This document shows positions 33,398-44,776 of a stretch of 64,000 bases of DNA, piece after piece. A program made the position numbers and the translations under genes. The notes below the pieces were generated by a model that ran no database searches, was not told the DNA's origin, and saw only the letters and a program-made list of their open reading frames with translations. The DNA is from Acidobacteriota bacterium (GTDB taxonomy: Bacteria; Actinomycetota; AC-67), in contig JACQXY010000052.1 of the NCBI GenBank assembly GCA_016208485.1, forward strand, positions 13,601-77,600. Direction: 5' to 3'. Every line of letters starts with the position of its first letter. The stretch's first letter is position 1.

Positions 33398-34310
33398 GGC
33401 AGATCTGTTGCGCCTTCCAGCAGCGCGTGTGGAATCGGCAGGCAGGCGGAGGGTTCAGGGGGCTCGGGACGTCGCCCTGGAGCACAATCCTCTTGCGGCT
33501 CCGCTCCTTCTCCGGGTCCGGAATCGGAACCGCCGAGAGCAGCGCCTGCGTGTACGGGTGCATCGGGAGCGCGTACAGATCGTCGCGCGCGGCCACCTCC
33601 ACGATCTTGCCCAGGTACATCACCGCGACCCGGTCGCAAACCTGCCGGACGACCGAGAGGTCGTGCGCGATGAACAGATACGTGAGCCCGAACTCCTTCT
33701 GCAGATCCTTGAGCAGGTTCAGAACCTGAGCCTGAATCGAGACATCGAGCGCGCTGACCGGCTCGTCGCAGATGATGAACCGGGGTTGCACGGCGAGCGC
33801 TCTCGCCACTCCCACTCTTTGGCGCTGCCCCCCGGAGAACTCGTGCGGGTAGCGGTCGTGTCGATCGGGATTCAGCCCGACCCGTTCCATGATCTCCTGG
33901 ACCCGCCCGTGCACCGCATCCCCCGCGGCGAGGCGGTGGATGCGCATGGCCTCGCCGATGATCTCGCCGACGGTCATCCGGGGATCGAGGCTCGCGAAGG
34001 GGTCTTGGAAAATGATCTGTACCTGGCGTCGCAGCGGCCGGAGCTGGGACCCGCGGCGCGCCCCCACGTCCTGGCCGGCGAACCGGATGGTCCCGGACGT
34101 CGGATCGAGCAGGCGCATGAGGAGGCGCGCCGTCGTGGACTTCCCGCAGCCCGTCTCCCCGACGAGTCCGAGCGTTTCACCCTCCTTGATCGTGAACGAC
34201 ACGCCGTCAACCGCCTTGATCCATCCCACGTTGCGGCGGACGATGATCCCCCGCGTCACAGCGAAGTACTTCACCAGGTCCCGCACGTCGACGAGCGACT
34301 CGGAGGTCAT
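33306..34310 (-). CDS. Oligopeptide/dipeptide ABC transporter ATP-binding protein (OppF/DppF-like)
   Basis: The start is the ATG at 34308-34310, overlapping the upstream stop as ATGA. Walker A is GETGCGKST, the signature motif is FSGGQRQR, and the C-terminal oligopeptide-transporter extension contains NPPPACRFHTRC. Confidence 0.9.
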   Translation of the reverse strand: MTSESLVDVRDLVKYFAVTRGIIVRRNVGWIKAVDGVSFTIKEGETLGLVGETGCGKSTTARLLMRLLDPTSGTIRFAGQDVGARRGSQLRPLRRQVQIIFQDPFASLDPRMTVGEIIGEAMRIHRLAAGDAVHGRVQEIMERVGLNPDRHDRYPHEFSGGQRQRVGVARALAVQPRFIICDEPVSALDVSIQAQVLNLLKDLQKEFGLTYLFIAHDLSVVRQVCDRVAVMYLGKIVEVAARDDLYALPMHPYTQALLSAVPIPDPEKERSRKRIVLQGDVPSPLNPPPACRFHTRCWKAQQICREVEPPLEAHSPAGPDHPAACHFAEAAQVV

Positions 34311-35347
34311 CGTCCTCGCGCCCCCAGGACCTGCCTCTCGCCGGCCTCCTTCTGCTCCAGGGTCAAGAAGCATGCGTCCTCGTGCTCGCCGCGCCACTCC
34401 AGATCCGGCCGCTCCCGGTCGCATCCCTCGAACCGGAACCCGCAGCGAGGGTGAAACGGGCAGCCGGGAGGAACATGCAGCAGGGACGGAGGCATGCCGG
34501 GGATGCTCACCAGGCGCTCCCCCGACCGCCGGTCGAGCCTGGGGACGCTGCCGAGAAGTCCCCAAGTGTAGGGATGGCGAGGAGCGAAGAAGAGCTCGTC
34601 GGGCGACCCGCGCTCGACCATCCGCCCCGCGTACATGACGAGGATCTCGTGCGCGACCCGCGCCACGACCCCGAGGTCGTGGGTGATCAGGATCATCCCC
34701 ATGCCGAATTCGTCCTGAAGCCTGGCGAGGAGTTCGAGGATCTGCGCCTGGACCGTGACGTCGAGGGCGGTCGACGGCTCGTCCGCGATCAGGATCGAGG
34801 GCTGGAGCGAGAGCGCCATCGCGATCATGACGCGCTGGCGCATGCCGCCCGAGAACTCGTGCGGATACCCGTATACGCGCTGTTCGGGGCTCGGGATGCC
34901 GACGAGGCGGAGCAGTTCGATCGCGCGCGCGCGCGCCGCGCGCCGTGATACCCGCTCATGCGCGCGGATCATCTCGATGATCTGCGAGCCGACCTTCTGA
35001 ACCGGGTTGAGCGCCGTCAGCGGGTCCTGGAAGATCATCGCGATCTCTCGTCCACGGATCGACCGGATCTCCTCCGACCGGAGGGTGAGGAGATCCGCCT
35101 CCCGGAAGAGCGCCCGACCCCCAACGATGCGCCCGGACGGCCGCGGGATAAGGCCAAGCAGAGACAGCACCGTCACGGTCTTGCCGGAACCCGACTCCCC
35201 AACGATGGCGAGCGTCCGCCCCGAGTAGACGCAGAAGCCGACCCCGTCGACCGCGCGCACGATCCCCGAAGGGGTCTGGAACTGCACGCCCAGGCCCTCG
35301 ACCTCCAGAAGGCAGGACCCGGGGGGCGGCGCTCCCGTCACCGGCAT
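34307..35347 (-). CDS. Oligopeptide/dipeptide ABC transporter ATP-binding protein (OppD/DppD-like)
   Basis: Walker A is GESGSGKT, the signature motif is FSGGMRQR, and the C-terminal extension contains PPGCPFHPRC. I chose the ATG at 35345-35347, 4 nt after the permease stop. The track start at 35377 is an alternative. Confidence 0.88.
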   Translation of the reverse strand: MPVTGAPPPGSCLLEVEGLGVQFQTPSGIVRAVDGVGFCVYSGRTLAIVGESGSGKTVTVLSLLGLIPRPSGRIVGGRALFREADLLTLRSEEIRSIRGREIAMIFQDPLTALNPVQKVGSQIIEMIRAHERVSRRAARARAIELLRLVGIPSPEQRVYGYPHEFSGGMRQRVMIAMALSLQPSILIADEPSTALDVTVQAQILELLARLQDEFGMGMILITHDLGVVARVAHEILVMYAGRMVERGSPDELFFAPRHPYTWGLLGSVPRLDRRSGERLVSIPGMPPSLLHVPPGCPFHPRCGFRFEGCDRERPDLEWRGEHEDACFLTLEQKEAGERQVLGARGR

Positions 35348-35351
35348 CCGT

Positions 35352-36236
35352 TCACCGGAGTCGCGGGTCGAGGGCATCGCGCAGCCCGTCGCCGAGCAGG
35401 ATGAACCCCATCGCCGTCATCGTGAGCGCCATCCCGGGGAAGATCACGAGGTGGGGCTCCGTCTGGATCAGCGGGCGGTAGCGGGCGATCATCAGCCCCC
35501 ACGAAGGCTCCGCTGGGTTCTGAATGCCGAATCCGAGGAACGAGAGCGCGGCCTCGGCAATGATCGTCGTCGGGATCAGAGCGAAGGCATAGACGAGAGT
35601 CGGCGTGACGGAGTTCGGCAGAACGTGCCGGAAAAACATCCGGAGGTGCCCCGCCCCCAGCGCCCGCGCCGCCTCCACGTACTCCGAGCCCCGGATCGAG
35701 ATCACGCTGCCCCGGAACAGCCGCGCGATCCCCGGCCACGAGAAGAACGCGATCGCAACGATGACCGCCATCTTCCCTCCCCCGAGAGCCGTGACGAGGA
35801 TGATCGTCCCCACCAGAAAGGGGAAGCCCAGAAACACGTCGATCAGGCGGGACAGCAACGTATCGGCGATCCCTCCGAAGTACCCCGCGGCGCCGCCCAC
35901 GACGATCCCGACCAGCAAGATCGACGCGACCACGCTGAAGCCGACCATGAGCGAAATCCTCGTCCCGTGCACGACCCGGCTGAAGAGATCGAGCCCGAGC
36001 TGGTCGGTCCCGAACCAATGCCGCGCGCTCGGGCTCTCCCGCGCCTGATCCGCGAAGAAGCCTTCGGTCGGCTGGGTCGCGATGAGGTCCGCGAAGATCG
36101 CGGCCAGAGCGACCAGCGCGATGATCGCGATCCCGGCGATCGCCATCCTGTTGCGCCGAAGCCGCCGCCAGGTCTCCCCCCGGAGGCTTCGCACCTCCGG
36201 TGCGGCGACCCCCGCTGAAGTCTCGACCGTTGCCAC
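35352..36236 (-). CDS. ABC transporter permease (OppC/DppC-like)
   Basis: 294 aa, polytopic, with an N-terminal OppC-type region (HWFGTDQLGLDLFSRVVHGTRISL) and an EAA-like loop (EYVEAARALGAG). Confidence 0.9.
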   Translation of the reverse strand: MATVETSAGVAAPEVRSLRGETWRRLRRNRMAIAGIAIIALVALAAIFADLIATQPTEGFFADQARESPSARHWFGTDQLGLDLFSRVVHGTRISLMVGFSVVASILLVGIVVGGAAGYFGGIADTLLSRLIDVFLGFPFLVGTIILVTALGGGKMAVIVAIAFFSWPGIARLFRGSVISIRGSEYVEAARALGAGHLRMFFRHVLPNSVTPTLVYAFALIPTTIIAEAALSFLGFGIQNPAEPSWGLMIARYRPLIQTEPHLVIFPGMALTMTAMGFILLGDGLRDALDPRLR

Positions 36237-36249
36237 CGTCCCCCCCGCG

Positions 36250-37185
36250 CTAGGTGTAGCGGATCCTCGGATCGAGCACCGCGTACAAGAGATCCACTAG
36301 AAGGTTCACGACGAGGTAGATGACGACGACGAACACCGAGATGCCGAGCACGACCTGGTTGTCCCGGGTGGAGATCGCGATCGCGAGAGCCCTTCCGACC
36401 CCGTTGATGTTGAAGACCGTCTCGGTCAGAATCGCTCCCCCGAGGACGGTCCCGATGTCCAGACCCAGATAGGTCACGACCGGGATGAGGGCGTTCCGCC
36501 ACGCGTGATTGAAGATGACCCGCCGTTCCGGCAACCCCTTTGCCCTCGCTGTGCGGACGTAGTCGGACTCGAGCGTCTCCAGCAACGTGGTTCGCTGCAA
36601 GCGCGAGATGTAGGCCATCGACACAGAGGCCAGGGTGAACCCGGGCAGGATGTAGCTCTTGAGCCCTTGGTCGAGGCCGGTGATCGGCAGACCCAGCACG
36701 TCCTTGAGCTTCAGGGCCACGAAGATCTGAAGGAGAAGACCCAGCACGAAGACGGGGGTGCTGACCAGTACGATCGTTGCGAGAGTGACGCCGGTATCGA
36801 GCCTCGAGTAGCGTCTGACCGCCGAGATCATCCCCGAACCGATCCCGAGCAGGATCAGGAAGAAGGTCCCCGCAACCGCGAGTCGCGCGGTGTTTGGGAA
36901 CGTCTCCTTGATGATGTCCCACACCTGACGCCGAGAGAGCGCAGACTCGCCGAAATCGAAGTGAATCAGGTTCCCGACGTACTTGGCGATGCGCGTCGGC
37001 AGCGGATCATCCAGGCCGTACCGGTCGATGATGGCACGCCGGAACTCCTCGGTGACCGGCCGCTCTCCCACCAGAGACTGTACGGGGTCTCCCGGGATGA
37101 TGTACATCGCGATATAGATGAACACGATGGCACCGAACACGACCGGGACCATCTGGAGAAGCCGTCGTGCAGCGTAGCGACCCAT
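36250..37185 (-). CDS. ABC transporter permease (OppB/DppB-like)
   Basis: MGRYAARRLLQMVPVVFGAIVFIYIAMYIIPGDPV is the OppB N-terminal signature. The EAA loop reads DYVRTARAKGLPE. Confidence 0.9.
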   Translation of the reverse strand: MGRYAARRLLQMVPVVFGAIVFIYIAMYIIPGDPVQSLVGERPVTEEFRRAIIDRYGLDDPLPTRIAKYVGNLIHFDFGESALSRRQVWDIIKETFPNTARLAVAGTFFLILLGIGSGMISAVRRYSRLDTGVTLATIVLVSTPVFVLGLLLQIFVALKLKDVLGLPITGLDQGLKSYILPGFTLASVSMAYISRLQRTTLLETLESDYVRTARAKGLPERRVIFNHAWRNALIPVVTYLGLDIGTVLGGAILTETVFNINGVGRALAIAISTRDNQVVLGISVFVVVIYLVVNLLVDLLYAVLDPRIRYT

Positions 37186-37260
37186 GGAGAGAACGCCCTT
37201 CTCCCTTTAGCCGGAGGGGGGCCCGCGAACTGAGCCCCCCTCCGGCCTCGACCGCCGCCC

Positions 37261-38797
37261 CTACTTCAGAGAGACGAGTTCCCACGCCGGGTTCGCGTAC
37301 TGGATGTCGACCGGGAAGCTCGCCACCTTCGAGGAGCTGTAGACGCGCGCGGACTTCCCGTAGAACATCGGCAGGACCGGCATGTCCTCGAGGACCAGGT
37401 CCTCGGCCTGCTGCTGCAGGGCCAGCCGCTGGGCGTCGTCGAGCGTCTGCTGCGCCTTCACGATCAGCGCATCGAACTCCTTGCTCACGTAGAAGCTGTG
37501 GTTGTCGGGGGACGTGGAGTAGAAGAGCGGGTACAGCCAGTTGTCGGGGGTCGGGTAGTCCTGCCCCCAGCCCAGCCGGCCGAGCCCCTTCAGCCCGTCG
37601 AGCGACTTGATGTAATCCCCGAAATCCGTGCTTCCCGGTTTGACAACGGCCTCGATGCCCAGATTCTGCTTGATCTGGGCCGCGACGGCCTGGATCCATT
37701 CCTCATGGCCGGCACCGGAGTTGAAGGTCAACTCGATCGGGCCGGTGATCTGAACGCCCGATTCCGCCAGCAATCGTTTGGCCTCGTCCTTGTTGAAAGT
37801 GCAGTACTTGCAGGCCCCGGCCCGATGTCCCCGCGACACCGGTGGAACGATGCTCGCCGCGGCCACCCGCTGGTTGTTGAACACCGCCTTGTTGATGGCC
37901 TCGCGATCGATCGCCATCGAGAGCGCCTGGCGCACCATCTTGTTGTTCGTCGGCGCATTCTTGTTGTTGGCCAGCAGGTAGTTCAAGATGGCACTCGCCT
38001 GGTCGATGAAGGCCGCACCGTACTTCGCTGCGGCGTCCGCGAACTGCTCCGGCGGGACGTCGGTCGCCTCGATCGTTCCAGCCTGGAACTCCAGGTACGC
38101 CTGCTCCACCTCGGCGTAGATCTTCCACTTGATCGAGTCGAGGAAGCCCTTGACCTTGCCGTTGTATGCCGCGAACTTCTTGACGCCCACCGACACGTTG
38201 TGCTTCCAGGCTCCGTCGAGCATGTAGGGGCCATTCCCGATGGGCTTCTCGTTGAATCCCTTCGGGTCGCTCACGGCCACCTGAGGAACAGGCGAGAACA
38301 CCAGATGCCCGGTCCGGACGAAGAACTCCGCGTTGGGCTGCTCCAGCTCGATGACGAGTTCGTACTCGTCCTTGCCCTGGTGCACGCCCGGCAAAGTGTC
38401 GGAGGTCCCTTCCTGCGCGGCGTCGAATCCCTTGATCCCGGACAGGTGGTAGGCCACCTCGGAAGCGGTCTTCTTCTGCGCGACGCGCGTGAAGCTGCGA
38501 ACGAACGCCGCTGCGTTCACCGGTTCCCCGTTGTGGAACGTTCCCCCCTGCCGAAGCGTATAGGTCAGAGTCTTCGCGTCATCGCTGATGTCCACGCTCT
38601 CGGCGGCGCCCGTGAACCGTCGTAGAGCAGAGCCCGGGATCGAGAGAGTCGGGCTCGTTGAGCTGCGCGGTTATCGTCCCGCCGGCCTTCCCGGTGGGTT
38701 GGGGCGGCCCCGCTTCCTCTTTTCCACCGCACGCGGTGGCGAGGAGTCCCAGGACTACACTTGCACACAGAACACGAGCGAGCACTTTCTCTCGCAC
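37261..38797 (-). pseudogene. Family-5 substrate-binding lipoprotein (OppA/DppA-like) with a disrupted reading frame near its 5-prime end
   Basis: The GTG at 38795-38797 follows GGGAGGGAGGGA and gives MREKVLARVLCASVVLGLLATAC (lipobox)...TITAQLNEPDSLDPG, which then runs to a stop at 38579. The remaining 444 aa (ORF 37261..38595, SVDISDDAKTLTYTLRQGGTFHNGEPV...) are in the +1 frame. The frame switch must lie within 38579-38675. Confidence 0.75.
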
Positions 38798-38963
38798 AGC
38801 GGGTCCCTCCCTCCCTCTCGTACCCCCGACACGACCATCAGCGCGAGGGGAATCCTATCCCCGCGCGATCTCTCCTACAAGGACAGAGGTTCGCGCAACA
38901 GGACGCGCACTTGGCGGTGAAACGCCAAGAACATATGCTTTTCGGAGGGGTCGCGCCGTGCGG

Positions 38964-40256
38964 TCAGCGGCGCGCCGCCTCCATCAGGAGCGGCATCACC
39001 TCGACGCCTTGGAGCGTGCCGAGGGAGCCGCGTGCGGCCGCGCGCTCGCCGAAGGTCGCCACCGCGTCGGCGGAGATCCCTCTCCCCCAGACCAGCAAAG
39101 GGACCGGGTCGTCGGTGTGGGCCTTCCGAGCGCACGACGTGGAGTGGTCGGCCGTCACCGCGAGCACCACATCGGAGCGCAGGATTGGGAGCAACTCGCC
39201 GAAGAAGGCCCGGTCGATGGCCTCGATGATCTCGAGCTTGTCCCGCGCGCGCCCGTCGTGAGCGGGAACGTCCGGTCCCTTGATGTGGATGTACAGGCCG
39301 TCGTAGCCTTCGATGGCCTCGATCGCCGTCCGCGCCCAGGCGGCGTACTGCTCGGCCCCGCCGCCCCCGGCGACCGGCACCTCCCCCATTCCGAGGGTGA
39401 GCGCGATCCCGCGCTCGACCGGCATCTCGACGAAGCATCCCCAGGACGCGCCGTAGCGCTCCTTGAACGACGGCGGGCGCGGGAGGTGGTCCCCGCCGTC
39501 CCGCGACAGGATCATGTTGCCGGCGAGCTTGCCCGCGGCGCGACGCCGCGCGTTGACCTCGCTCGCCTCCAGGACACCCGCCGCCTGCTTGACGAACTCG
39601 TTCGTGAGGTCGGCGGCGGTCCGCGCTCGCTCGTCGCGCTCGTTGCCCGGGAGGGGGCGGCACTCCTGGACCGCCTGCTCGAAGGTCTCCTTCGCGACGC
39701 CGAGCGCGCCCTCGCGCGCGTAGGCGGGGTCGGTGTTGGTCACCTCCGCCGAGAGCGGCCCGCCCTCCCAGCGCATGACGAGAACCCCACGGTGCTCGAC
39801 CGTGGAGCGAAGCTCGAAGGAGGCCCCGGGGAGCTTCACCGCGGCGTTCACCTCGGCGGCGAGCGCGCGCGCTTCGTCGCTCGCGAGGTCGCGCCCGACG
39901 CGCCGGTCCACTATGCGCCAGTGCGGCCAGTCTGACGGCTCGGCGGCCTCGACGGTGGCGAAGTTCACGCGGTAGGCGAGATCGCCGTCGGCGACGTCCA
40001 TGCCCGACCCGAGCGCCTCGAGGGGCCCCCGCCCGGAGTGGTAGGTTCGCGGGTCGTAGCCGAGCACGGCGAACACCGCGATGTCGGATTCCGGCGCGAT
40101 CCCCTTCCCGACCGTATAGACGAGGCCGGTCCGGCCCCCTTCGGCGAGCCGGTCGAGGTTCGGCGTGCGCGCGGCCTCGAGCGGTGTGCGCCCGTCGAGT
40201 TCGGCGAGCGGCTCGTCTCCGAGCCCGTCCAGCACGACGTACAGGACCTTGTTCAC
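38964..40256 (-). CDS. apgM: Cofactor-independent phosphoglycerate mutase, archaeal (ApgM) type
   Basis: MNKVLYVVLDGLGDEPLAELDGRTPLEAARTPNLDRLAEGG...TADHSTS are alkaline-phosphatase-superfamily ApgM motifs. The GTG start lies 1 nt after the tpiA stop. Confidence 0.85.
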   Translation of the reverse strand: MNKVLYVVLDGLGDEPLAELDGRTPLEAARTPNLDRLAEGGRTGLVYTVGKGIAPESDIAVFAVLGYDPRTYHSGRGPLEALGSGMDVADGDLAYRVNFATVEAAEPSDWPHWRIVDRRVGRDLASDEARALAAEVNAAVKLPGASFELRSTVEHRGVLVMRWEGGPLSAEVTNTDPAYAREGALGVAKETFEQAVQECRPLPGNERDERARTAADLTNEFVKQAAGVLEASEVNARRRAAGKLAGNMILSRDGGDHLPRPPSFKERYGASWGCFVEMPVERGIALTLGMGEVPVAGGGGAEQYAAWARTAIEAIEGYDGLYIHIKGPDVPAHDGRARDKLEIIEAIDRAFFGELLPILRSDVVLAVTADHSTSCARKAHTDDPVPLLVWGRGISADAVATFGERAAARGSLGTLQGVEVMPLLMEAARR

Positions 40257-40257
40257 G

Positions 40258-41061
40258 TCAGTCCCGGTACCGAACGATGAGCGCGAACTTCTCCGCGTCG
40301 AGCGATGCGCCGCCGACGAGCGCTCCGTCGATCTCGTGCTGCGCCATGATGTCGGCGACGTTGCCCTCGGTCACGCTGCCGCCGTACTGGATCCGCACCG
40401 AGTCGGCGGCAGCGGTTCCTCCGATCTCACCGACGACTCCGCGGATGAACCCCACAACGGCGCCGGCGTCCTCCGGGCGCGCGGTGCGGCCGGTTCCGAT
40501 CGCCCACACCGGCTCGTAGGCCACAACGATCGCGCCGAGCTGCTCCCGCGTGATCCCCGCGAGCGATCCGCGCACCTGAGCGCCGACGACCTCCTCGGTG
40601 CGGCCGGCCTCGCGCTCCTCCAGCCGCTCGCCGACGCACACGATCGGCGTCATCCCATGCGCGATGATGGTCTTGGCCTTGCGGTTCACCACCTCGTCGG
40701 TCTCGCCGAATAGCGCCCGGCGCTCGGAGTGCCCCGCGATCACGTAGGAGCACTTCAGGCGCGCGAGCATGGCCGGGGACACCTCGCCTGTGAACGCCCC
40801 CTTCTCCTCCCAGTGGCAGCTCTGCGCGCCGAGTGCAATCGGGATCCGGTCGCCCTCGATCAACGTCTGGACCGAGCGAAGCGAGGTGAACGGCGGGCAG
40901 ACGACGACCTCGACCGCGTCGTAGTCCTTCTCTCGCAGGTGGTAGTGGGCCTTCTGGACGAGCGCGATAGCCTCGAGGTGGTTCAGGTTCATCTTCCAGT
41001 TGCCGGCGATGATCGGTTTGCGAGCCACGGCCTCTCCAGTCCTCCGGGGGCGGTCCGTCAT
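40258..41061 (-). CDS. tpiA: Triosephosphate isomerase
   Basis: [31 protein letters not shown] and IQYGGSV are all present. The ATG at 41059-41061 overlaps the pgk stop as ATGA. Confidence 0.95.
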   Translation of the reverse strand: MTDRPRRTGEAVARKPIIAGNWKMNLNHLEAIALVQKAHYHLREKDYDAVEVVVCPPFTSLRSVQTLIEGDRIPIALGAQSCHWEEKGAFTGEVSPAMLARLKCSYVIAGHSERRALFGETDEVVNRKAKTIIAHGMTPIVCVGERLEEREAGRTEEVVGAQVRGSLAGITREQLGAIVVAYEPVWAIGTGRTARPEDAGAVVGFIRGVVGEIGGTAAADSVRIQYGGSVTEGNVADIMAQHEIDGALVGGASLDAEKFALIVRYRD

Positions 41062-42212
41062 CCTATCCACAGGGGCGCGAGGCCCGGCAATTCGCGGCCC
41101 TCGAGCATCTCCAGCGACGCCCCGCCCCCGGTTGACAGGTGCCCGACCTTGCCGGCGAGACCCAGCCGCTCGAGGGCCGAGGCGCTGTCGCCTCCCCCGA
41201 CCACCGAGTAGGCGCCGCCGAGCGCGACCGCCTCGGCGACCGCGCGCGTCCCCGCCGCGAACTCCTCGACCTCGAATACCCCCATCGGGCCGTTCCAGAA
41301 GACCGTGCGCGCGGCGCGGATCTCCCGAGCGTACGCCCGAGCCGTCTCAGGTCCGATGTCGTAGCCGGCGAGATCGTCCGGGATCGCGCTCGCCGCGACC
41401 GTCCGGGTATTCGCGCCGGCTTCGGGAGCCGCGGCGACCACCACGTCGCTCGGGAGCATCAGCCGGTCCCCCGCCCCTTCGATGAGCCGGGCGACCGATT
41501 CCACCTGCCCCTCCTCGAGGAGCGACCGGCCGACGCCGTGGCCGCGCGCGCGGAAGAACGTGAAGCACATCCCGCCGCCGACCAGCAGCCGGTCCACGCG
41601 CGCGAGGAGGTTCTCGAGGACGCCGAGCTTGTCGGAGACCTTGGCCCCGCCGACGACCGCCACGAACGGGCGGGCCGGCGCCTCCAAGAGCCCCGAGAGA
41701 ACCTCGACCTCGCGCTCGAGCAGGCGCCCGGCCGCAGCCGGGAGCAAGCCGGCGACGGCGGCGACCGAGGCGTGCGCGCGGTGCGCCGCGCCGAAGGCGT
41801 CGTTCACGTAGCGGTCGGCGAGCGCCGCGAGCGCCTTCGCGAAGGCGAGGTCGTTCTTCTCCTCGCCCGGGTCGAATCGGAGGTTCTCGAGCAGCGCCAC
41901 GCGCGCGCCCTCCGGCACCGGCCCCGCCGAGCCCGGCGCGAGCGGGACCTCTTCGCCGAGCAGTTCGGCGAGGCGCCGCGCGACGGGCGCGAGGGAGTAC
42001 TTCGGGTTCGGCTCCCCCTTCGGGCGCCCGAGGTGCGAGCAGACCACCACGCGCGAGGCGCCGCGGTCGAGCAGCTCCCGCAGGGTCGGCAGGCTGGAGC
42101 GGATCCGGAAGTCGTCGGCGACGGCACCCCCTTCCAGGGGGACGTTCAGATCGGCGCGCAACAGGACGCGCCGGCCGCCGACCTCGAGGGTCTCGAGGGA
42201 GCGCAGCTTCAT
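41058..42212 (-). CDS. pgk: Phosphoglycerate kinase
   Basis: The start is the ATG at 42210-42212, after [33 protein letters not shown]...SHLGRPKG...[10 protein letters not shown]...VGGGDS are Pgk signatures. The rest of the 787-aa track ORF is an in-frame read-through across gap and is not coding. Confidence 0.95.
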   Translation of the reverse strand: MKLRSLETLEVGGRRVLLRADLNVPLEGGAVADDFRIRSSLPTLRELLDRGASRVVVCSHLGRPKGEPNPKYSLAPVARRLAELLGEEVPLAPGSAGPVPEGARVALLENLRFDPGEEKNDLAFAKALAALADRYVNDAFGAAHRAHASVAAVAGLLPAAAGRLLEREVEVLSGLLEAPARPFVAVVGGAKVSDKLGVLENLLARVDRLLVGGGMCFTFFRARGHGVGRSLLEEGQVESVARLIEGAGDRLMLPSDVVVAAAPEAGANTRTVAASAIPDDLAGYDIGPETARAYAREIRAARTVFWNGPMGVFEVEEFAAGTRAVAEAVALGGAYSVVGGGDSASALERLGLAGKVGHLSTGGGASLEMLEGRELPGLAPLWIG

Positions 42213-42226
42213 GGGATCCTCCCGGG

Positions 42227-43291
<1,065 letters not shown>

Positions 43292-43457
43292 CTAGGCTAC
43301 CCCCACCGCAACCGGAGGTGGGAGTCGAGACCACCGACTGCGCGGGCCGGGTGACAAGCGAGAGCAAGTGGAAGTGGCACCCGCCCCGGTGGACGGTCTC
43401 GGCAGCCATGCGGAGATCCAAGCGCCTCTCCCGGAGCTCCTCGCCGATGTCCGCAGA

Positions 43458-43485
43458 GCGGCTAACGCCTTGGCGCGTTAGCCGC
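43458..43485. repeat. Perfect 11-bp inverted repeat (hairpin) at the gap-proximal edge of the accessory islet
   Basis: gcggctaacgc (43458-43468) and gcgttagccgc (43475-43485) flank a 6-nt loop. No U-tract follows on either strand. Confidence 0.5.
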
Positions 43486-43525
43486 CCGGCATCGCGAAGC
43501 GATCCGCGTCCATTGCGCGCACGAG

Positions 43526-43740
43526 TTACCCACCACCTCTATCTCGGACGAGTCCTGGCCTCCGACGCACATGGAAGCAGCCGATGATGACGATGACGTC
43601 GCCGACCACCCGAAAGAGAAGTTGGTAGGGAAATCGATGGAGGAGATACCGACGAGCATCGCGGTGGATGATGCGGAACGCGAGTTGAAGGCGTCTCGGA
43701 CATCGTCAGCCGCATCGGCCCGGTAGACGAGTTCCGTCAC
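43526..43740 (-). pseudogene. ParE/RelE-family toxin remnant (internal deletion plus frame change)
   Basis: The GTG (43738-43740) overlaps the antitoxin stop as GTGA. Frame 1 gives (V)TELVYRADAADDVRDAF and then junk. My translation of the next frame gives LAFRIIHRDARRYLLHRFPYQLLFRVVGDVIVIIGCFHVRRRP...stop at 43526, the ParE C-terminal core. About 28 codons between the two parts are missing. Confidence 0.7.
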
Positions 43741-43961
43741 GAGGCGGGGCGCCGGAGCCGAGCCCGAACCTCTTCGGGCTGGAGGCCGACCGGTCCTTCC
43801 TTCTCCAAGCTGTCGAGGCGGCGATCGAGTTCGTCTTGTTGCTCCCCGGTGAGGGGTAGCGCTTCGCGCTCCTCTTCGCCAAGACTCTCCCAGAGTTCCT
43901 CGATCAGCTCAAGCCTCTCTTCTTGGCTGAACTGCCCAATGTCGATCGACGGCTTGCTCAT
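43737..43961 (-). CDS. Addiction-module antitoxin (small acidic helical type that pairs with ParE/RelE toxins)
   Basis: The start is the ATG at 43959-43961. MSKPSIDIGQFSQEERLELIEELWESLGEEEREALPLTGEQQDELDRRLDSLEKEG is the typical sequence of the putative addiction module component family. It is an intact 74-aa ORF. Confidence 0.75.
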   Translation of the reverse strand: MSKPSIDIGQFSQEERLELIEELWESLGEEEREALPLTGEQQDELDRRLDSLEKEGPVGLQPEEVRARLRRPAS

Positions 43962-44025
43962 GGCCCCCAGTGTCTCACATCCGGCCATCGTTGGTGAAGA
44001 CTTGCCAGCATGGGTAACGCCTCGC

Positions 44026-44610
44026 TCACAACCGCCCCTCTCGGCGCAGCGCAAGCCGCGAGAGCACCCGCCCGGTCCCGTCCAACGCTGCGATCCAAAC
44101 GGGCCGGGCGGCAGCATCGAGCGGCGCGGCGAAGAAGTTGGCTCCCAGATCCACTCCCCCGGGCACAACTGCAACTCGTCTGGCAGGATTGCCACGGAAC
44201 TCGATCCGAACCTCGGCCACGGCGAGAGCGGTCAGGCCGAAGACGTATCCGTCGTCAGCATCGTCGTATGGGAGGAGGACCGGGAGGCCGTCGGGCCCTC
44301 CGGGAGCGCAGGTGCGCCCCACCCCGAGATTGGGCGTGTGCGTTCGGAAGATGGCACACACCCTGCCATTCTCCCTAAACCCGATCAACTCCCACCGGCC
44401 ATCGACCAGGCGCCCGTCAGCAAGAACCTTCGACCCCGGGGGGACATCCAAGAGATCATCCGCAGACGGCCCCCCAGTCGGTTGACCCGGCGCCTCCTGT
44501 CCCGACGGCTTCCCCTCACAGGCGGACGCCAGGACGACTATCGCCAAGACCGCAACGACGGCCCAGTGCTCCGCCCGCCGGGGGGCCGCGCCTGCCGCCA
44601 ATGATCCCAT
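44026..44610 (-). CDS. Hypothetical lipoprotein
   Basis: The start is the ATG at 44608-44610. The signal and lipobox read WAVVAVLAIVVLASAC. It is 194 aa, and I recognise no family. Confidence 0.6.
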   Translation of the reverse strand: MGSLAAGAAPRRAEHWAVVAVLAIVVLASACEGKPSGQEAPGQPTGGPSADDLLDVPPGSKVLADGRLVDGRWELIGFRENGRVCAIFRTHTPNLGVGRTCAPGGPDGLPVLLPYDDADDGYVFGLTALAVAEVRIEFRGNPARRVAVVPGGVDLGANFFAAPLDAAARPVWIAALDGTGRVLSRLALRREGRL

Positions 44611-44776
44611 GCGGCGGGTCCACACTCTGCGGCCGATTGCTATGTCACGCAGGAACCCCAATACGCCCCCTCGGGCAGGGTCATGGTTGGTGATGGCACT
44701 GCCATGGTCCCCTCCCTCCCAGCGACTTGGCGCGTCAGCCGCGCGAGCGCCAGCGAGCGTCGGCCGCGAACGCGGG

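Noticed and set aside
38910-38929. 7-bp hairpin (cttggcg / cgccaag) in the apgM-oppA intergenic region, considered as the apgM terminator
   Set aside because: The stem is short and no U-tract follows on the coding strand, so I do not call it a terminator.
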